Below, one piece after another: positions 1-13,300 of a DNA stretch of 64,000 nt. The stretch is from Trypanosoma brucei (taxonomy: Eukaryota), in NCBI GenBank assembly GCA_000002445.1, contig CM000207.1, forward strand, positions 2,624,001 to 2,688,000, in the 5' to 3' direction. Position 1 is the first letter of the stretch. Each line of letters starts with the position of its first letter. The notes beneath the pieces are model-generated. The model was not told the origin of the DNA, did no database searches, and was given only the letters and a program-made list of their open reading frames with translations. A program made the position numbers and the translations under genes.

Positions 1-1227
1 CTTGGGTTCTTTGTTCGTTAAGTTGAGCCAATGTTGTCGCCTCGGCTTTTAGCGCTGTCATCCACTTGACGTTTTTTGCTTCTCCTGTACGCGCATCGGT
101 TTCATACGTGACACAGACCCCGTACTGAGCGTTTGCGTTGCCGTTGCAGCTCGTTTCGCCGCCATTGTTTAGTCCGCCTAACACATTTGGGTGCTTGTTG
201 TTTTCGCCTTTGCCTGTCATGATCAGCTGGGTTAAGTCCTCCGTTACGCTGGTTAAATGAGCTGTTGTCAGGCCCTCCTTAGATACCGGCGTCCCACAGG
301 CCTTTTTTAGTATTTCCCAGTCTGGTTGTAGATCTTTGGCGCCGCTATTTTCGACGCTTAAGGGCGGTTTTGCTGTGGTGCAGACTGCTGGTTCTTTGTC
401 ACCGCTTGCTTCCATAGCGCACAGACACATTATGTCTACCTTTAGAGATTTTCCAGTTAGTGTGCCCGCAGTTTTTCTGCCAGCTGAAGCTTTGCCGCAA
501 GCTGTCTCGCGATTTGGTGACCCGCTGAGTTTTATGCTTGTTTTTTCGGCTGCTTCTCCTTCGAGCGTGTCGTTTAGAAGTCCGTTTATTTTTTTAACTG
601 TCTGATCTAGTTCGATTTTTTTCTGTCGGCCATTGTTTTCAGAAATGCAGCGAGTGTTGTATTTAGCTTTCTGAAGATGCTTGGGCTTTTATTTGCAGAA
701 AGCCACGTTTGAATTTCAAAATATTTGTTGTTTGTTTTGAGGTATTCGGCGCCTCGCTTGCAGAAAGGCCAGCCATACATTGAACACGTTGCGTTCGCGC
801 TTAAACCGGCTGGAAAAACCGGTTCTTTAGTCTCCTGTGTTTGCGCTTGCGCCATAATTTCCTTGTGGTCCGAGAGGGAAACCGCCACTGCTGCTGCAAC
901 TGTGCTTATTTCCTCCAGGTTGGCTCCAGCTGCGGGTGTTGGCAGAGTTGACTTAACTACACGAACCACTTTGCATAGGGCTGAAAAATGTGCGGCATTT
1001 AGCCCTGCGTCTGGTTTTTCCGCGGAAGCACACTTGAATCTCGTTAACAGTACGAGGGAAAATAGATTTACTGTCGTGCATATGGCGCCATGCTGTACTG
1101 GTTGCATCTGCTGCCTGCGATTTTTTGGCTTTGGCCAGAACTGTATTTTTTTTCTACTTAGGTGTTTACTTGTGACTGTCCTGTTAGTTATGGACGATAG
1201 ATAAAGGATAGAAAACTTCCTAACCAC
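1..1227 (-). pseudogene. VSG N-terminal-domain fragment, partial at the window edge; the C-terminal part lies off-window to the left.
   Basis: Minus-strand ORF 607-1227 begins with a signal-peptide-like MQPVQHGAICTTVNLFSLVLL. Translating the minus strand of 1-600 gives VSG-like Ala/Thr/Gly-rich text (…LIMTGKGENNKHPNVLGGLNNGGETSCNGNANAQYGVCVTYETDARTGEAKNVKWMTALKAEATTLAQLNEQRTQ) in other frames, so frameshifts are present. A reverse-complemented 70-bp repeat lies upstream at 2700-2795. Confidence 0.6.
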
Positions 1228-2699
1228 GAATGGCTACAAAAAGTACAAATTCAAACGCATAATGTATTTTGTTAAGCTCACACATTTTAAGTTTTTTAAA
1301 TTCCAAATTCATGTTGTTTAAACTTGCATGACAATATTTTTTTTAAAAAAGAATTTTGTGTTCCACACAGAATACGTGATTGCCGTATTTTTTATTGATT
1401 ACGTATTGGGGAGATACATAAAAGACACGCTATAGCATGTAACTTGTCACTCAATTTCATTGTGTTTTTACATGATCAACTTGTGGAAAGGTCTTTTGCA
1501 CCATAGAAACTCATGGTCACAATGACCTAATTTTTTTCAAACAAATATCCCACACTAATTTCAATCCATAGCATTCTATATCTTTTGCACTCGCACGCTT
1601 TCTCAGATCTGACTCTGTACTTTTTACAATACCACAATATTTCTATGTTATAAATTAAAATGTTATGGCTTCTAAAGCGGGTTACAGCTCAGTAACTCTT
1701 TTGTGGTACGTATTATCTCTGTAACAATACAAAGGTTTTTTGTAGGAAACCGCTTTTTTGTTGGGCTCATACAGAAAAGTCGTTACTTTTGCGCCGCTTA
1801 CGCATACGATGTTATAACTTGGAGTGATTTACACTCTGAGTTTCTTTTCCGAATGCTTGCCGTGCTCCAGTAAACTTTCATCATCTCTAATTCTTATTTG
1901 AGTTTTACGCTCGTTGAACGCAGTTAAATTGTCATTTGTATACCAGTTTGTAACTGATAAAGTTCCGCTGTTAATTTTTAAACTTCATAAATCTCATTTA
2001 TTCACGCATATATGTTCTATTTTTAGCACCTTATTTTTTTCATTCTTCCTTTACTGCCTACAGAAATTCATTTTGAAAAACAGTTTTAAAATCAAGCAAA
2101 CAAGAATATTATTCTCCACACACTGATTTTTATTATTAATGTATTAAATGAGAAAAATGTTGAATATTACATAATACTTACCCAGTTACTGCTCCTGATC
2201 CTGCTGATTCTTCTTTGAAGAAGGATAATAGTATTAACCACCATATTTAACACGACACTCTTCATAATTATCTCTGAAGTACCTTTCATCAATTTGTGTG
2301 CGAAATGTGGAGCACAGCCTCATACTGACGTACCATTATCTTCCTTTCTGCGCTATGTTGTCGCGGGTTATAAAATTTAATTTCCTCATTACTTCTTTAT
2401 TTTACGTTTTTCTCCTCTTGCAGTTCAGAAAACGTAACTATTTTACTTGTCTTGTACGGTAAACTCTGTCTCGCTTTCATTGGCCCTTTAATCATCCGCT
2501 CCTGTATAATGATGATCATAGCGATATTTGTATTTGAAGCTAGACATGTTCCATCTCCCTTTCTCTTTCTCTGCCTTTTTACTTCTCTAATTCTCTACTC
2601 ACAATATTCCTCGTTCTCTCCAACTAACTCACTTACTTTTATTTCATCCTTACTTTTGTTTTAAGTGCTTTTATATTGGCAGTGCGGCTGCTCATCACC

Positions 2700-2795
2700 A
2701 CTGCTCTTATTATAATGTTTGTATATGCACAGTCACAACACTCTATTATCATTATCAATATTATTATCATTATTATCCTTACTGCTCTTTTAAAC
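2700..2795 (-). repeat. VSG 70-bp repeat, reverse-complement orientation.
   Basis: ctgctcttattataatgtttgtatatgcacagtcacaacactctattatcattatcaatattattatcattattatcc is the reverse complement of the GATAATAATGATAGGAGAGTGTTGTGAGTGT…ATATTATAATAAGAGCAG consensus seen in the right arm. Confidence 0.8.
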
Positions 2796-3063
2796 GTATC
2801 TAATATAAATAAAATGAACAAAATAACCCAAATATCAAATATTCGTAATAACACTTGCTTTTCATTCCCTATCACTATTTTTCTTTGCACTAATATGCTA
2901 TTATCATTCACGATTTACAAAAAATATTGCAATGCTCCTAATCTTCACATTTAATCAACAAGTTTTAAAATATATTACATTCATTTATTTTATCAAAAAT
3001 GTTGCAAAATACTAAATTTTATAAAGTGTCATAAAATTAAACCAAAATATTTTAGAAAATTAT

Positions 3064-4407
3064 TTATAGAAGCACAAATGCGAGCAAAAGAGGGGAAGTT
3101 TTAATGACAAAAGAATTGCTCCCTGTGGTGTTTGCTGTTTTTCCGTCTTTCCCTTCCGCTTTAACTCCCTCTCTTGCTACGCATTTATTGCCCTTTAATT
3201 CACAGTTTTCGCTGTTGCATTTATCTTTTCTTTTGTCTGCGCAATCCTCATCTTTTGTTTGCTGTAGAATTGAGATTTCGGTCACTTCTTGCATCTCCTT
3301 TAGTTGATTGTGGTAGCAAGCGGCCGCAGCGTAGTGTACTGTCTCAGTGTTGGAATCGGTGCCTACTTTGTTCTTTTTCGTGTCCCCATTTAATGTGTAC
3401 TGAATTTCCGCTGTTGCTAGCGGTTTTAGTAGCTTTTCACTGACGCTGCCTTTTAAGTCACCAAATAGAGTTTTTACACTTTCCTTTTGTTTGTCGCCAG
3501 TTTGGCCTTTTGGTACTTCCACTTTCAGTATTAGGTCCGCTATCTGTTGCATGTGCTCGTTTTGTTGCAGCGTTTGTTCTTTTTCGTCGCCTATTGAAGT
3601 AACGACGGAGATCGTGACGTCTCTGAGCTTGCAGATTACTTGTGCTGTTTGTTTCGCGGTTACTGTGTTGGTTTTAGTACCGTATTGCTCGCAGCCGAGT
3701 TCGTCGATGCACGGTGCTTTGGCTTAACCTGCTTTTCCAATGCTGATTTCGCTTATTGTGTAGGTGTTGTATGGCGTGTCGAGCTCTGTGGTGCCTAAAG
3801 AGTTGGTTGCGGCGCTTGCTGTTCCTGTTCCAGAATAAAAAAAGCCGGGTATTGTGCCCGTTGTGCTTGCGCTGCTGGCTGTGCCGCCGACAAAGACCTT
3901 GCCTGTCCTTTCGGCGTTTGTCAAATGCTTGTCGTCAGTTAGCTTGAGTTTGTCAATCTTATCGAGGTTGCTTACAGCCCAGTCTATCCCTGCTTTGCCT
4001 GTGCCAACTTCAGTGCATGCCTCGAATTTTCCTTGTGTAAATGCTGCCTTTATCGTGCAATAGTCGTTTGTGCCGCTTGCGTAGCCGGCACGGTTTGTGC
4101 TCTTGGTGGTCGACACGAGTGTTGGGCTGCCTATTGGATTCGTGTGAATCAGTATCCTTATTTGCGCTAGCCGGCTGCTGAGGATACTTGTCTGCGCTAG
4201 TATTTCCTGCGCTTGCATCGTTTCTTGGCGCGCTGTCTGCAAATTGTGCGTAGCTAAAGCATAGGGTGCCTGGAATTGTCTGCCTTTGTTATTGGTTGCG
4301 AACTTGCAGGCTGCGTGTTGTAGAATTTTTGCTTCGTGTTGTAGCGTTTGAGCCTGTTGAAAGGCTGACAGTGCCTTTTGCTTTGATTTTTCAATAAGTT
4401 TTGTCAA
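3064..4407 (-). pseudogene. VSG pseudogene. The N-terminal domain (ORF 3724-4407) and the C-terminal domain with GPI signal (ORF 3064-3552) are in different frames.
   Basis: The C-terminal ORF ends …CNSENCELKGNKCVAREGVKAEGKDGKTANTTGSNSFVIKTSPLLLAFVLL*, a Cys-rich CTD with a hydrophobic GPI tail. The N-terminal ORF is Ala/Thr-rich VSG-like. A frameshift lies between 3552 and 3724. Confidence 0.8.
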
Positions 4408-6169
4408 GAAAATGATTTCGTCGCATGGATTTGTGCTCGCTTCTTTCTAGAGCTGCAGCGTCGCCGTAGCTGCTGTTGTTGTTAAAACACAAGGCACTAC
4501 TCTGTGCGCTATTGTATTTAGCATCTTGCTGACTTCCTTTTTGTTGCGCTGCAGTTCTAGATTGTATATTAGATTCTTTCTTGTTCTTTTAACTTTAAAC
4601 AGTGCCGCTAAGCAGTGTTCTTTGCCGGTTTCTTTTTGTTCTGTGTCGTTTTTGTAAACAGTTGTGGCTATCTGGAGGGTGCACGCAAGCGTTATGAATA
4701 GTTAGAGTCAATGTGTGTGTTTCATTTCGGTATAATCTGTGTTTGATATAGGCTTTTGCTTCCTTCTCTGGTGTTTCTTGCCCGTCGCTTGTTGGGCCGT
4801 TGGCTCAGCTGTTGCTGCTGATTATGTTGAACATGGAGGCAGCTCCTTTGAGGTTCTGCTTGAATGTATTCGGTGATGTTGCTCAAAATCTCCTATACTA
4901 TTTCCTATCTTTTTCGTTCTTTGTGCAGTCTATTGGGGCTGTTTTATCTGTTTTATCCATGATGGTCGAAACATACTTTGAGTTTCATTTTCGTTAAATG
5001 GTGAATATTCTTGCTTTTCTTACTTCTTCACATATTACCGCTAGCATATTGCTCTAAACAACCTTTATTGTTAATTATACAGTAATTCTTCTCTCACCCT
5101 CCACTAAAACGTTTCGCTTGGTTGCTAAGTTCATTGGTGTATTTAACGGGTCGCCGCTTCGGGTTATAACGGTTGGGACAGTACGCGTTTCATACATTGC
5201 AAACATTTGTGTATTTTTCACTAGACTTCACGGCTCTTCAGCTGATGCCTTCGTTCAGATGGTTGTGCCCTAGGTTCAGCCTGAATGACTGTGCCGCTCT
5301 TTTTCTTTGTTAAAGAATAGTTTATTCTTTTCCATGTTAGTAAAGGATATTGTTGCTTTTAAGCTTAAGGGTAGTGAAAGCTGTAGGAACACGAAATATT
5401 GTCTGTCAAAAGATTCTCTTGACTTCGTTTTACCTTCTGAAATAGATTAAATTGTATGTTCTGAAGTCATCTTATTTATAATAATTTAAATTGTCGTTTA
5501 GGTCGTGGTATTACATGTCATGTGACTTCAGTCTATAACGATAAAATGATTGCTTCTATCTAATAGCTTTGCCGATTGAACTGCGTTTCTAAGCACTAGG
5601 AGGCACTGTTTCTACACTATTTTTTGACGGAACAATGGTTTTACTTCTGATTTTCAATTCGTGCTCCGATATATTCTCACGTTTGCTACTCTTTCTAAAA
5701 TTTTCGTCTTCTTTATAGTTTCTGCAAGGCTGGCCGCAACCATTATCTGGTTTATTTGTTGCTACCTCCGCATAAAAGTAAGAAACTCCGGTGAGTATCG
5801 CACTATCAGACAAATTTTTCGGCCTTTACAAGTCGTATTATCTGTCTCAGACGTCTACATTTCCTGCATTTTAATTCCATTTTCCATTTTATCTGGGGTT
5901 TCTACTATTTCAATCACCACGGATAACGTAGAAACTTCATTATGTCTATACAGGAGACTTTTTCTTCACCATGTCGTTGTTTATAATGACCTTCGCCCTT
6001 ATAACTGTATTTGAAAATATATATCTACAGCCTCTTCCTTTTTCTGTGTCTTTTTTTAACAATATTTTTCTTGCTTTCTCTGTCTCAAACTAACTCACTT
6101 AATCCCATTTTAACCTTTCCATTATTTTTAATACATCTCTTCGGGTTGTGAAGTTGGTGTTATCCACCA

Positions 6170-6250
6170 CTATCGTTATAATATTTGTATATACACATAC
6201 TCACAATACTCTCCTATTATTATCATTATTATTATTACTGTTATAACCCA
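6170..6250 (-). repeat. VSG 70-bp repeat, reverse-complement orientation.
   Basis: ataatatttgtatatacacatactcacaatactctcctattattatcattattattattactg. Confidence 0.8.
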
Positions 6251-6499
6251 AGCTACTAACTAAAAACAAAATTAAATTAGAATTTCACTCAAATTTTATA
6301 ACCCATCACACTATTTCTTTGCACTTATATCCCAATTTTATACCAAAATTTCATAAATCTAAATCATTTTGAGAAAACCTGTTAAAGTAAATTAAATGTT
6401 AGCAATTTTCTATTTCTATCAAAATAGAAAATTTTGTAAAACTTCATAAATTAGAGTAAAAATCCTAAAAGGTTTAGAAAAGCAAAACTGCAAGCAAAA

Positions 6500-7876
6500 G
6501 AGGGGTTTTATTAATCATAACAGAATTGCTTCCTGTTGTTTTTGTTGTTTTGTAAGCTTTCACTCCTGCTTGTTGGTTTGCTTTTTCTGCCTCTTTTTGT
6601 GCTTTTTCAGTAATCTTTCAAGTGTTGTTTTTCCATTCGCAGCCGTTCGTTTTGCCGCATTCTCCCTCCTCTTTGCTGTCGCGTTTCGGTGCTTCTGTAT
6701 TAGTAACTTCACAATTCTCTTTGGGGTTAGGCTTTGCTCCAACTTCGCATGCAGTCCAGTTAGTGTTTAGTTGTTGTAGAAAGAAAAGTCGTCTTTTTTT
6801 GTTCGCAGTTTGTCCTGCCTTCTCTGTTCGGTGTTTTTTCATCAACTGTTTAATCGGTTTTAGTGCTGCACCTGGAAGTTCGGCTGCTTTTTCCAGCTCC
6901 CCATCTTCAAAGGCGCCGATCGACACCGTGAGCGCCGGCGGTTCAGCCTCCTCACCGTCGGCTAGGTCTATTAGCTTGCTGTTTGTGGCTTCCTGGCTCG
7001 TCAGTACATTCATAAACGCTTTTTCTTCCCTGTCGACAGCTGCGTATGTTTCTCCGGCCTCTTGCCATCCCTGCTCTGCCCCTCTCCATTGAGGTGCTGT
7101 GTTCGCGTTGTTTCTTGTTTTTAGCAGGCCGCCCATTATCCTGAAGTTTGCGTTGTCGTTGGGTAAACCTCCGCCGCTGCCTACGTTTCGAGGCAGTACC
7201 TTGCATGTTGTCCCGCTAGACCCCGTGCCTGAGTTTCCGTTCGGCGTGACCCTGAACTTGGCTTCGATGTTTACAGTTAGTTCCTCGTCCGTGAGACTTA
7301 TCATTTGCTGCTCTTTGCCCGCTTCCTTGGTGCAGGCGCCGACGTCAATGCTGTTCCGTGCACCCGCTGCTCCGGCCGCTGCTTCTGCCACGCAAGGAAC
7401 TTTGTCGCTAGTAACATCGTCGCTGCCTCGTCAATCCTGCCCGCTAACTGACCCGACCGTGCGGCGGTGGTTACGCCGCTTGCCGCCTGGGCCTGCAGGA
7501 GGTTTAGCTTTTGCTTTTTGGCTTCGTATACCATTTGGCTAAGCGTAACTAGCGTGGCGGCAGTAGGTTCGTCGCTCTGAGCTTTGACCGCCATGAAATC
7601 TTCTTGTAGTACCGAGAGCGCTGATGCTTGTGTAAAAAGCTTTTTTAAGTGATACGCTATGTTGCTTGGGGCTTGCTTTAGTTCATGAGCTAGTGCGCAC
7701 GCCGTTTTTAAGTGTGCCGCCTTTATACCGAGATGGTTTGCATCGCTGAGTTGTGGTACTTGAACCAATGCCACTAGCACTACTGCAGCTTTGGCGCATA
7801 CTCTGCTGCTTATATAGTTTTCGCTTTTGTCTGGACTACTGAACTGACTGTGGAGCGGGCTGCATCTTCCTTCCAT
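6500..7876 (-). pseudogene. VSG pseudogene (frameshifted).
   Basis: Minus-strand ORFs 7301-7876 (N-terminal domain) and 6618-7391 (…CEVTNTEAPKRDSKEEGECGKTNGCEWKNNT, a Cys-rich CTD) overlap in different frames. The GPI region is degenerate around 6500-6620. Confidence 0.75.
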
Positions 7877-8669
7877 TTTCTCTTTTCACCTTAGCAATTG
7901 CAGACTACTGCTGGAATATGGTGTTTTGCTGATGGTGTTTTTGACTTTTGCGCGAGCGTCCACTCAGTTCTACACGATGTCACTGGCTTCTCCGTTGGTC
8001 CGCTTTACAGACCGCGGCTTGCTGTTCTTGCGCATGGGCTTTCGCCAGTTAGTGGTTTCTTTGTGCAGGCATTAAATAACAACAGCAAAACACCCAGTCA
8101 TCCACGCTTACACGACTATATAGCTGCGTGACTGACTTTTGTGACGTCCCTCAAGTAACCCGCATTTAGTATTTTACGCACCATGTGCTGTAGATTGGTA
8201 CGCTGCAAATTTTAAGGTTTAATTAAACTAAAAACCACATTAGCCAAATCATCTCGACCGCTACCTCAACATGTCTTAATGTGAAAAAAGTAGCTCATCG
8301 ACAACTTCCTTTCCACCTAATGTATTATTTATCCCTGTACTATGACGTCACATATTCTCTGGTTTATTCCATATTTTATTTACTTACATTTATTTTTTTG
8401 CTGCTATTTTTGCGGATAACGTAGCACCTCCAATTGGCCTGTACCCTAGACTTTGTCTCTTCCTCACTGTTATATTATGTCCGTGTGTATGATTGTGGCC
8501 ATCGCTATTTTTGTGAATTAAACTAAGCAAATTCCATCTCCTTCCCTCCCTCATTTCTTTTTTGCGTTTTTGTAAACTATATTCACCGCACAGCGCCTTG
8601 CACTTATCTACTCCTGTTGTATTTCCGCTGTTTTTAAAGAGTCTGTTTTTGTCTTCCGTTCAATATCTA

Positions 8670-8745
8670 CCACAATAATTATAATATTCGTATATACATA
8701 CTCACAACACACTCCTATCATCATTATTACTATCATTATAACCTT
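8670..8745 (-). repeat. VSG 70-bp repeat, reverse-complement orientation.
   Basis: tataatattcgtatatacatactcacaacacactcctatcatcattattactatcattataacc. Confidence 0.8.
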
Positions 8746-8956
8746 AACTATTATCTGTAGAATAGGAAAAGTAATAAATCAGAATATATCTCATGTTTGA
8801 TACTATATCAATTATTACGTTACACCCATAAGCCACTACCATGCACATCACTAAAAATAAAATTTTATTAATTTTCACAGTTTCATAAAAAAGTGTTAAA
8901 ATATATCAAAACAGCCAGGAATTTAAATAAAGTTTCATAAAATTGAGCACATATCC

Positions 8957-10384
8957 TTACAATACTACCAAACTCATAAAAGAAGAAGCCATTCTCAGAC
9001 CCAATTTCTTATTGGCGAGAAAACTAGAATCCTTGTACTGTTTGCCTTCCCATTTGCAATACGGAGATTTACAGTCATCTTTGTTCTTTCCCTTTGCACT
9101 TATCTGAGGCAGTATTTGTCCCTCTTGTTTGAGTCTGTTACAGGGTCTTTGCATTTGCTTTTGTGGAATTAAATTTTCACTTTTTATCGCCCTCAGCTGC
9201 TCTTTCGTTGTAACTGCAGAAAGGCTTGTTGTTGCATCAATTTTATTCTGTGATTTGATTGCATACCTCTTGGGTTTCCTCTGGCTGGCATTTTGTTTGT
9301 TGAGCTACTGCGGTTGTAACCAGTTTTTCGGGCTTATTGCGTCAAAGAATTGATGTATCCTCTGTTTGACTCGCTTGTCGTGCCTGCCGCACGGCCACTA
9401 TTGCCTTGTTGGCTTTTAGTAGGGTGTCTTTTGATATCGTGAGCTCTGTCTGGTCCTTGCTCCGTCCGACTTCAGCCTCAGTAGTCGCTATGTTTTCGTA
9501 GTCCATCTTGTCGGTGGCTTCGCCCAATGTTATTACATTCTTTAGGGCCGCTATCGCTGGTGTCAGTGAAGCTGCTTTGGTGCTCGCCAGTAATTGTATT
9601 TGTGCTAATATGGTGTCGGTGTCGATGGTGCTGGTGGTTTTCCATGCTGTGTCGGTCGAATCTCTGCTAGTTATTTTCAGTAAGTCACAGACAAAAAAGT
9701 TCCACTGTTTCTTCCACCGCTTAAATCTATAAAGCCGTCGGTTGTGTCGAGCCGCGTTAGCTTACAGCCTTTGTCGGCATCGGCGCCTTTCATTGTTTCG
9801 GTTGCTGCCGCTTCTGTAAGTTCAGTAGTGTAGTCCGGTTCCGCGTTTTTCTGGTTGATGGGCCACTGCGTTGCAAGCTTACCGCTAACGGCGCACGCTC
9901 CCATGTGTTCAATTTTGGCCCGATCTGAGCCACTGTTGTCTGCGACCACGCAGTAGTTCGCGCTGCCGTTATGTGCCGAGAAAAAAAGGTTGACGGTTTC
10001 CATTATCGCGCCTGCCGCCTCTGCTGCCACGAGGCCCTTGTGGATCGTGGACTTTAATTTTGCTTTGGCTTCCGCTTGCAGTTTCTGCTGGCGCTCCCGG
10101 ACTAGCATTAGTAGGTCAATGCTTTCCGGAGGTTCCAGCATCTCTTTCTTTTTTATGCACTCCGTCATATCGTCCACCACACTTTTTGCCTTTTCGAGCG
10201 TTGAATCAACGCTCATCGCTATTGTCGCTGCGAATTCTCCATGAGCGCGCAGCTTAGTTGCCAGCGTGCACGCGTCGATGAAGCCTTTGGCAGCTAGAGC
10301 AGGCCTTACGGAGTGTACAGGACGAGCTACAACTGCGATCACAACGGCTACGCAAGCGGCCCGGAAGTTGTTGTTTAAGAACAT
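8957..10384 (-). pseudogene. VSG pseudogene, full length but with at least two frameshifts.
   Basis: ORF 9677-10384 begins with the signal peptide MFLNNNFRAACVAVVIAVVARPVHS followed by the N-terminal domain. ORF 8957-9154 ends …CKSPYCKWEGKQYKDSSFLANKKLGLRMASSFMSLVVL*, a canonical CTD and GPI signal. The 16-mer in reverse complement (gtgttaaaatatatca) sits at 8893-8908 in the 3'UTR. Confidence 0.85.
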
Positions 10385-13300
10385 TAAAACTCTTCTCTTT
10401 GTTTCGATTTACTACTTGTTGATGTTGTATATGAAGTTGTTTTTGGTAAAGTTGCAAAAAATCATCTGTAAGCGGTGTCAGCTATCGACTGTCTTCAATG
10501 TTGAAGTTAAGCTTGGGTGCGTTGTTGACGGACAAGTGATTGTCCTACCTGTGCTTTGTTTCCTTATTTTGCTTTGTGTGGTGGATAAGTTTCTGTGCTT
10601 TTTTTTCGGATTATGGCATTGAAGGGATAGAACCTCATAACACCAGAACCTTCGTTCTTGGGTCTGCATCTATTTTAACTTTCACCAGCCTATTTAGTAA
10701 GTGCTTCTCGATCTTACGGGGCTACAGTATGACGTTCAAGGATTTCTCATGCTTTTAAAAAAGACAAGTTCCTCAGTCACAGCGCTTTCATCCCTAACCT
10801 TCCTTCCTTCTTTTCTATTTTCTTTAACGGATTATCAGAAACCATACTCATTTACTGCTGTTGTTAATGTCTCTCCAGTGATTTTATCTTTGCTATTTTT
10901 CCGCACTTGTGAAAATACATTACAACTTGCAGCGGTGTATTAACGATACATCCCAAAAAACTGGCTTTCACTCTTATATCCCATCACCACAGGTTTATTA
11001 ATTACCATTTTCATTGGCATCACAGTTTTCTCCGATGGATGCACTCATTTTCAAGCCAAATGCGGACCATTTTTATTCTTCATGCATTTTAATTTTAAGA
11101 AAATCCCATGTCCTTGGGAAACAATGGTTTATATCGGCGTAGAGAGCTCAGTTTTATATTTTAAGCGTTTTATTTTTCTCTTTTCGTTTTGACATTCTGG
11201 GCGCTAATGAGAAGGTTTTGCTTCTCATTTTTCTAAACTCATTCCGTTTGGAACTTGGATTTTCGTATTTCTTCCATGTTTATTTTTGTGTTTCTACCGC
11301 TTTTTTAGTGCTTGTTACTCTCTTTTAAACGTATAAATAGATGAAAATTTAGGAAAAATAAATACTTATGTAAAATGGATGTAATTTTCTGGTGTTTGGC
11401 CGCTGGGTTGCATCTACTTAAGCTATTCTATGTCATCTCATTTATAATCTATTGATTCTTCGATTTGAGTTATATTTTCACACTTTCAGCTGACTTCAAA
11501 CTCGAAAATGTTGAAATGATTTGTTCTATCGGATAACTTGTTCAATTTACTTAAATGCAAGGCCCTATAAGCGTCAGTGCCTCTACACTATTTTTTGATG
11601 CCATAACAGTTTTATTCATCGCTTCACTTCGATGTTTTTGTGCTTTCTTTTGGTTTCTGTTGTTATCGAGACATCTACTTTGATGAGGTTGCTTTTAAAT
11701 TTATTGGAAGCACTTATTTTGTTTTTGTCTGCGACTTTAGTCGTTTTTATTTATTCTATTTTTTCTTGAGTTACAGCCAGTCGGCAAGCTGCTTAGATTC
11801 CGATAATTACAGTGTCATATGCGCATTTACTCTAGTGTACCACCATTGCACTTTAGAATTATATTCCCGTTGGTATCGTTTCGGCAGTGTACCGCTCTGC
11901 TTCTCCTTTAGCTTTGCGTTCTAGCCACATTTTGGTTGCTATGTCCATTGCAACTACTGCTTTTGAGAATGTGCCTTCCAGCTCTGTTTTGGCTTTTTAC
12001 TCCATTTCTCTGAGGTAATGTGGTGCCTCAAAAGCCTTCGTTGTTTTCGCTTTCCTGTTATGTATTGCGGTTGAGACCGCCTCAAGCAGGCTAACGAGCA
12101 GTGATACAAATACAGGGCTTGACATGATTTTTTTTATTCTTCTCTTTCCCTTTAGATTTCATGGTGGGTTGTGAGGGTTGAGGTGAGGTCTTTGGGCATT
12201 GTGTCTCCTTAGAAGCTCTTTATCTAAAGTTGTAGCGGAAAATAGGGGACGTTTTCTGGCACTTCTTTGCACTTTGTGTAGTGAATTTTTCTGTTCGTTG
12301 CTTCTATGGTTAGAGTGCTGTTTTAGATCTGCGAACCAGCATCGGTTTACTTCCGCTTCTCTTGAAGATATGTTTTGATAATTAGGGGGATTCTGGCCTC
12401 GCTATCTGTCTAACAGCCGACCTCTTCACCGCCTTTTCTTATTGATTTGGTTTCTCTTCGCAGTCTTATACCTTGTTGGCGTCACCTGATTTTTACATTC
12501 CCTCAGTAGTGAATAATGCTTGAGTTACAAGGGTTCCAGCGCTGCTGTTAATATGTGCTTTGCTTACTCTTCGCTTTCTTTTTTCTGTACCAATTTTTAT
12601 TTTCTTGTTACTTCTGGTATTTGAATTGCTTTCGGCATGAAATTTATTGCATGCATTGATACTACAATGTGATACACTCCCACTGTTCTTTATAATACTG
12701 CACATTTTTCTCCTACTTAAAATTCAGTTCTTATGGTTTATATTCTACTTTATATTCCGTTCATCTTTTTCCCTTACATGCTGATTCAGTAACAATGTAA
12801 GATTTCTGTTGCTCCTGGACCCGATTTACTTTTCCTTTTGTCATGAATTATATATGCCTGTATATCTTCTCTGTTACAGACATGGAAATTTGTGGCCAGA
12901 AAGTGTTTTTGTACTGCTTTTGCTTTATTAATCCACACTGTCAATAGCGGCTTCGTGACCTCTTTTATATAAATTACACGTTACTTGAAAGGTATTAATA
13001 TCTCCACAGCATCACAACATGTAATTGAAGAAGTGCAACCATTAATTTTCTCGACTTCATACAGTTCTTTCATAGGCTGATATATGTGTCATTTGAAGAA
13101 GTTTCCTCGTTTACACTTTTTCATTGCTCTCCTCAGTAATCCATTGGTTGTCTTAGTTTAAAAATTGATCGGGCGATAATATTATAGTATTTCGCCTAAA
13201 TGTTAGCAACAATAACCAAGTTTTTTGACGAAAAGAGTTTGACATCATTTCATACTTACTCAATCCTTTCCAGATATTTCTGCTTTTTTTCTTCCTTATT

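Noticed and set aside
725-1204. Plus-strand ORFs in the left arm (for example 725-1204, 6622-7092, 25868-26425, 26292-26849, 30540-31025) and minus-strand ORFs in the right arm (for example 41057-41452, 44548-44916, 47572-47970, 54469-54888).
   Set aside because: They lie antisense to clear VSG coding sequence. They are Ser/Leu/Cys-rich, as expected from reading Ala/Thr/Lys-rich genes backwards, and have no independent support. I treat them as spurious.
10254-10669. Small ORFs immediately upstream of the VSG start at 10384.
   Set aside because: They are under 120 aa and overlap each other in several frames in a T-rich spacer. They are typical random ORFs.
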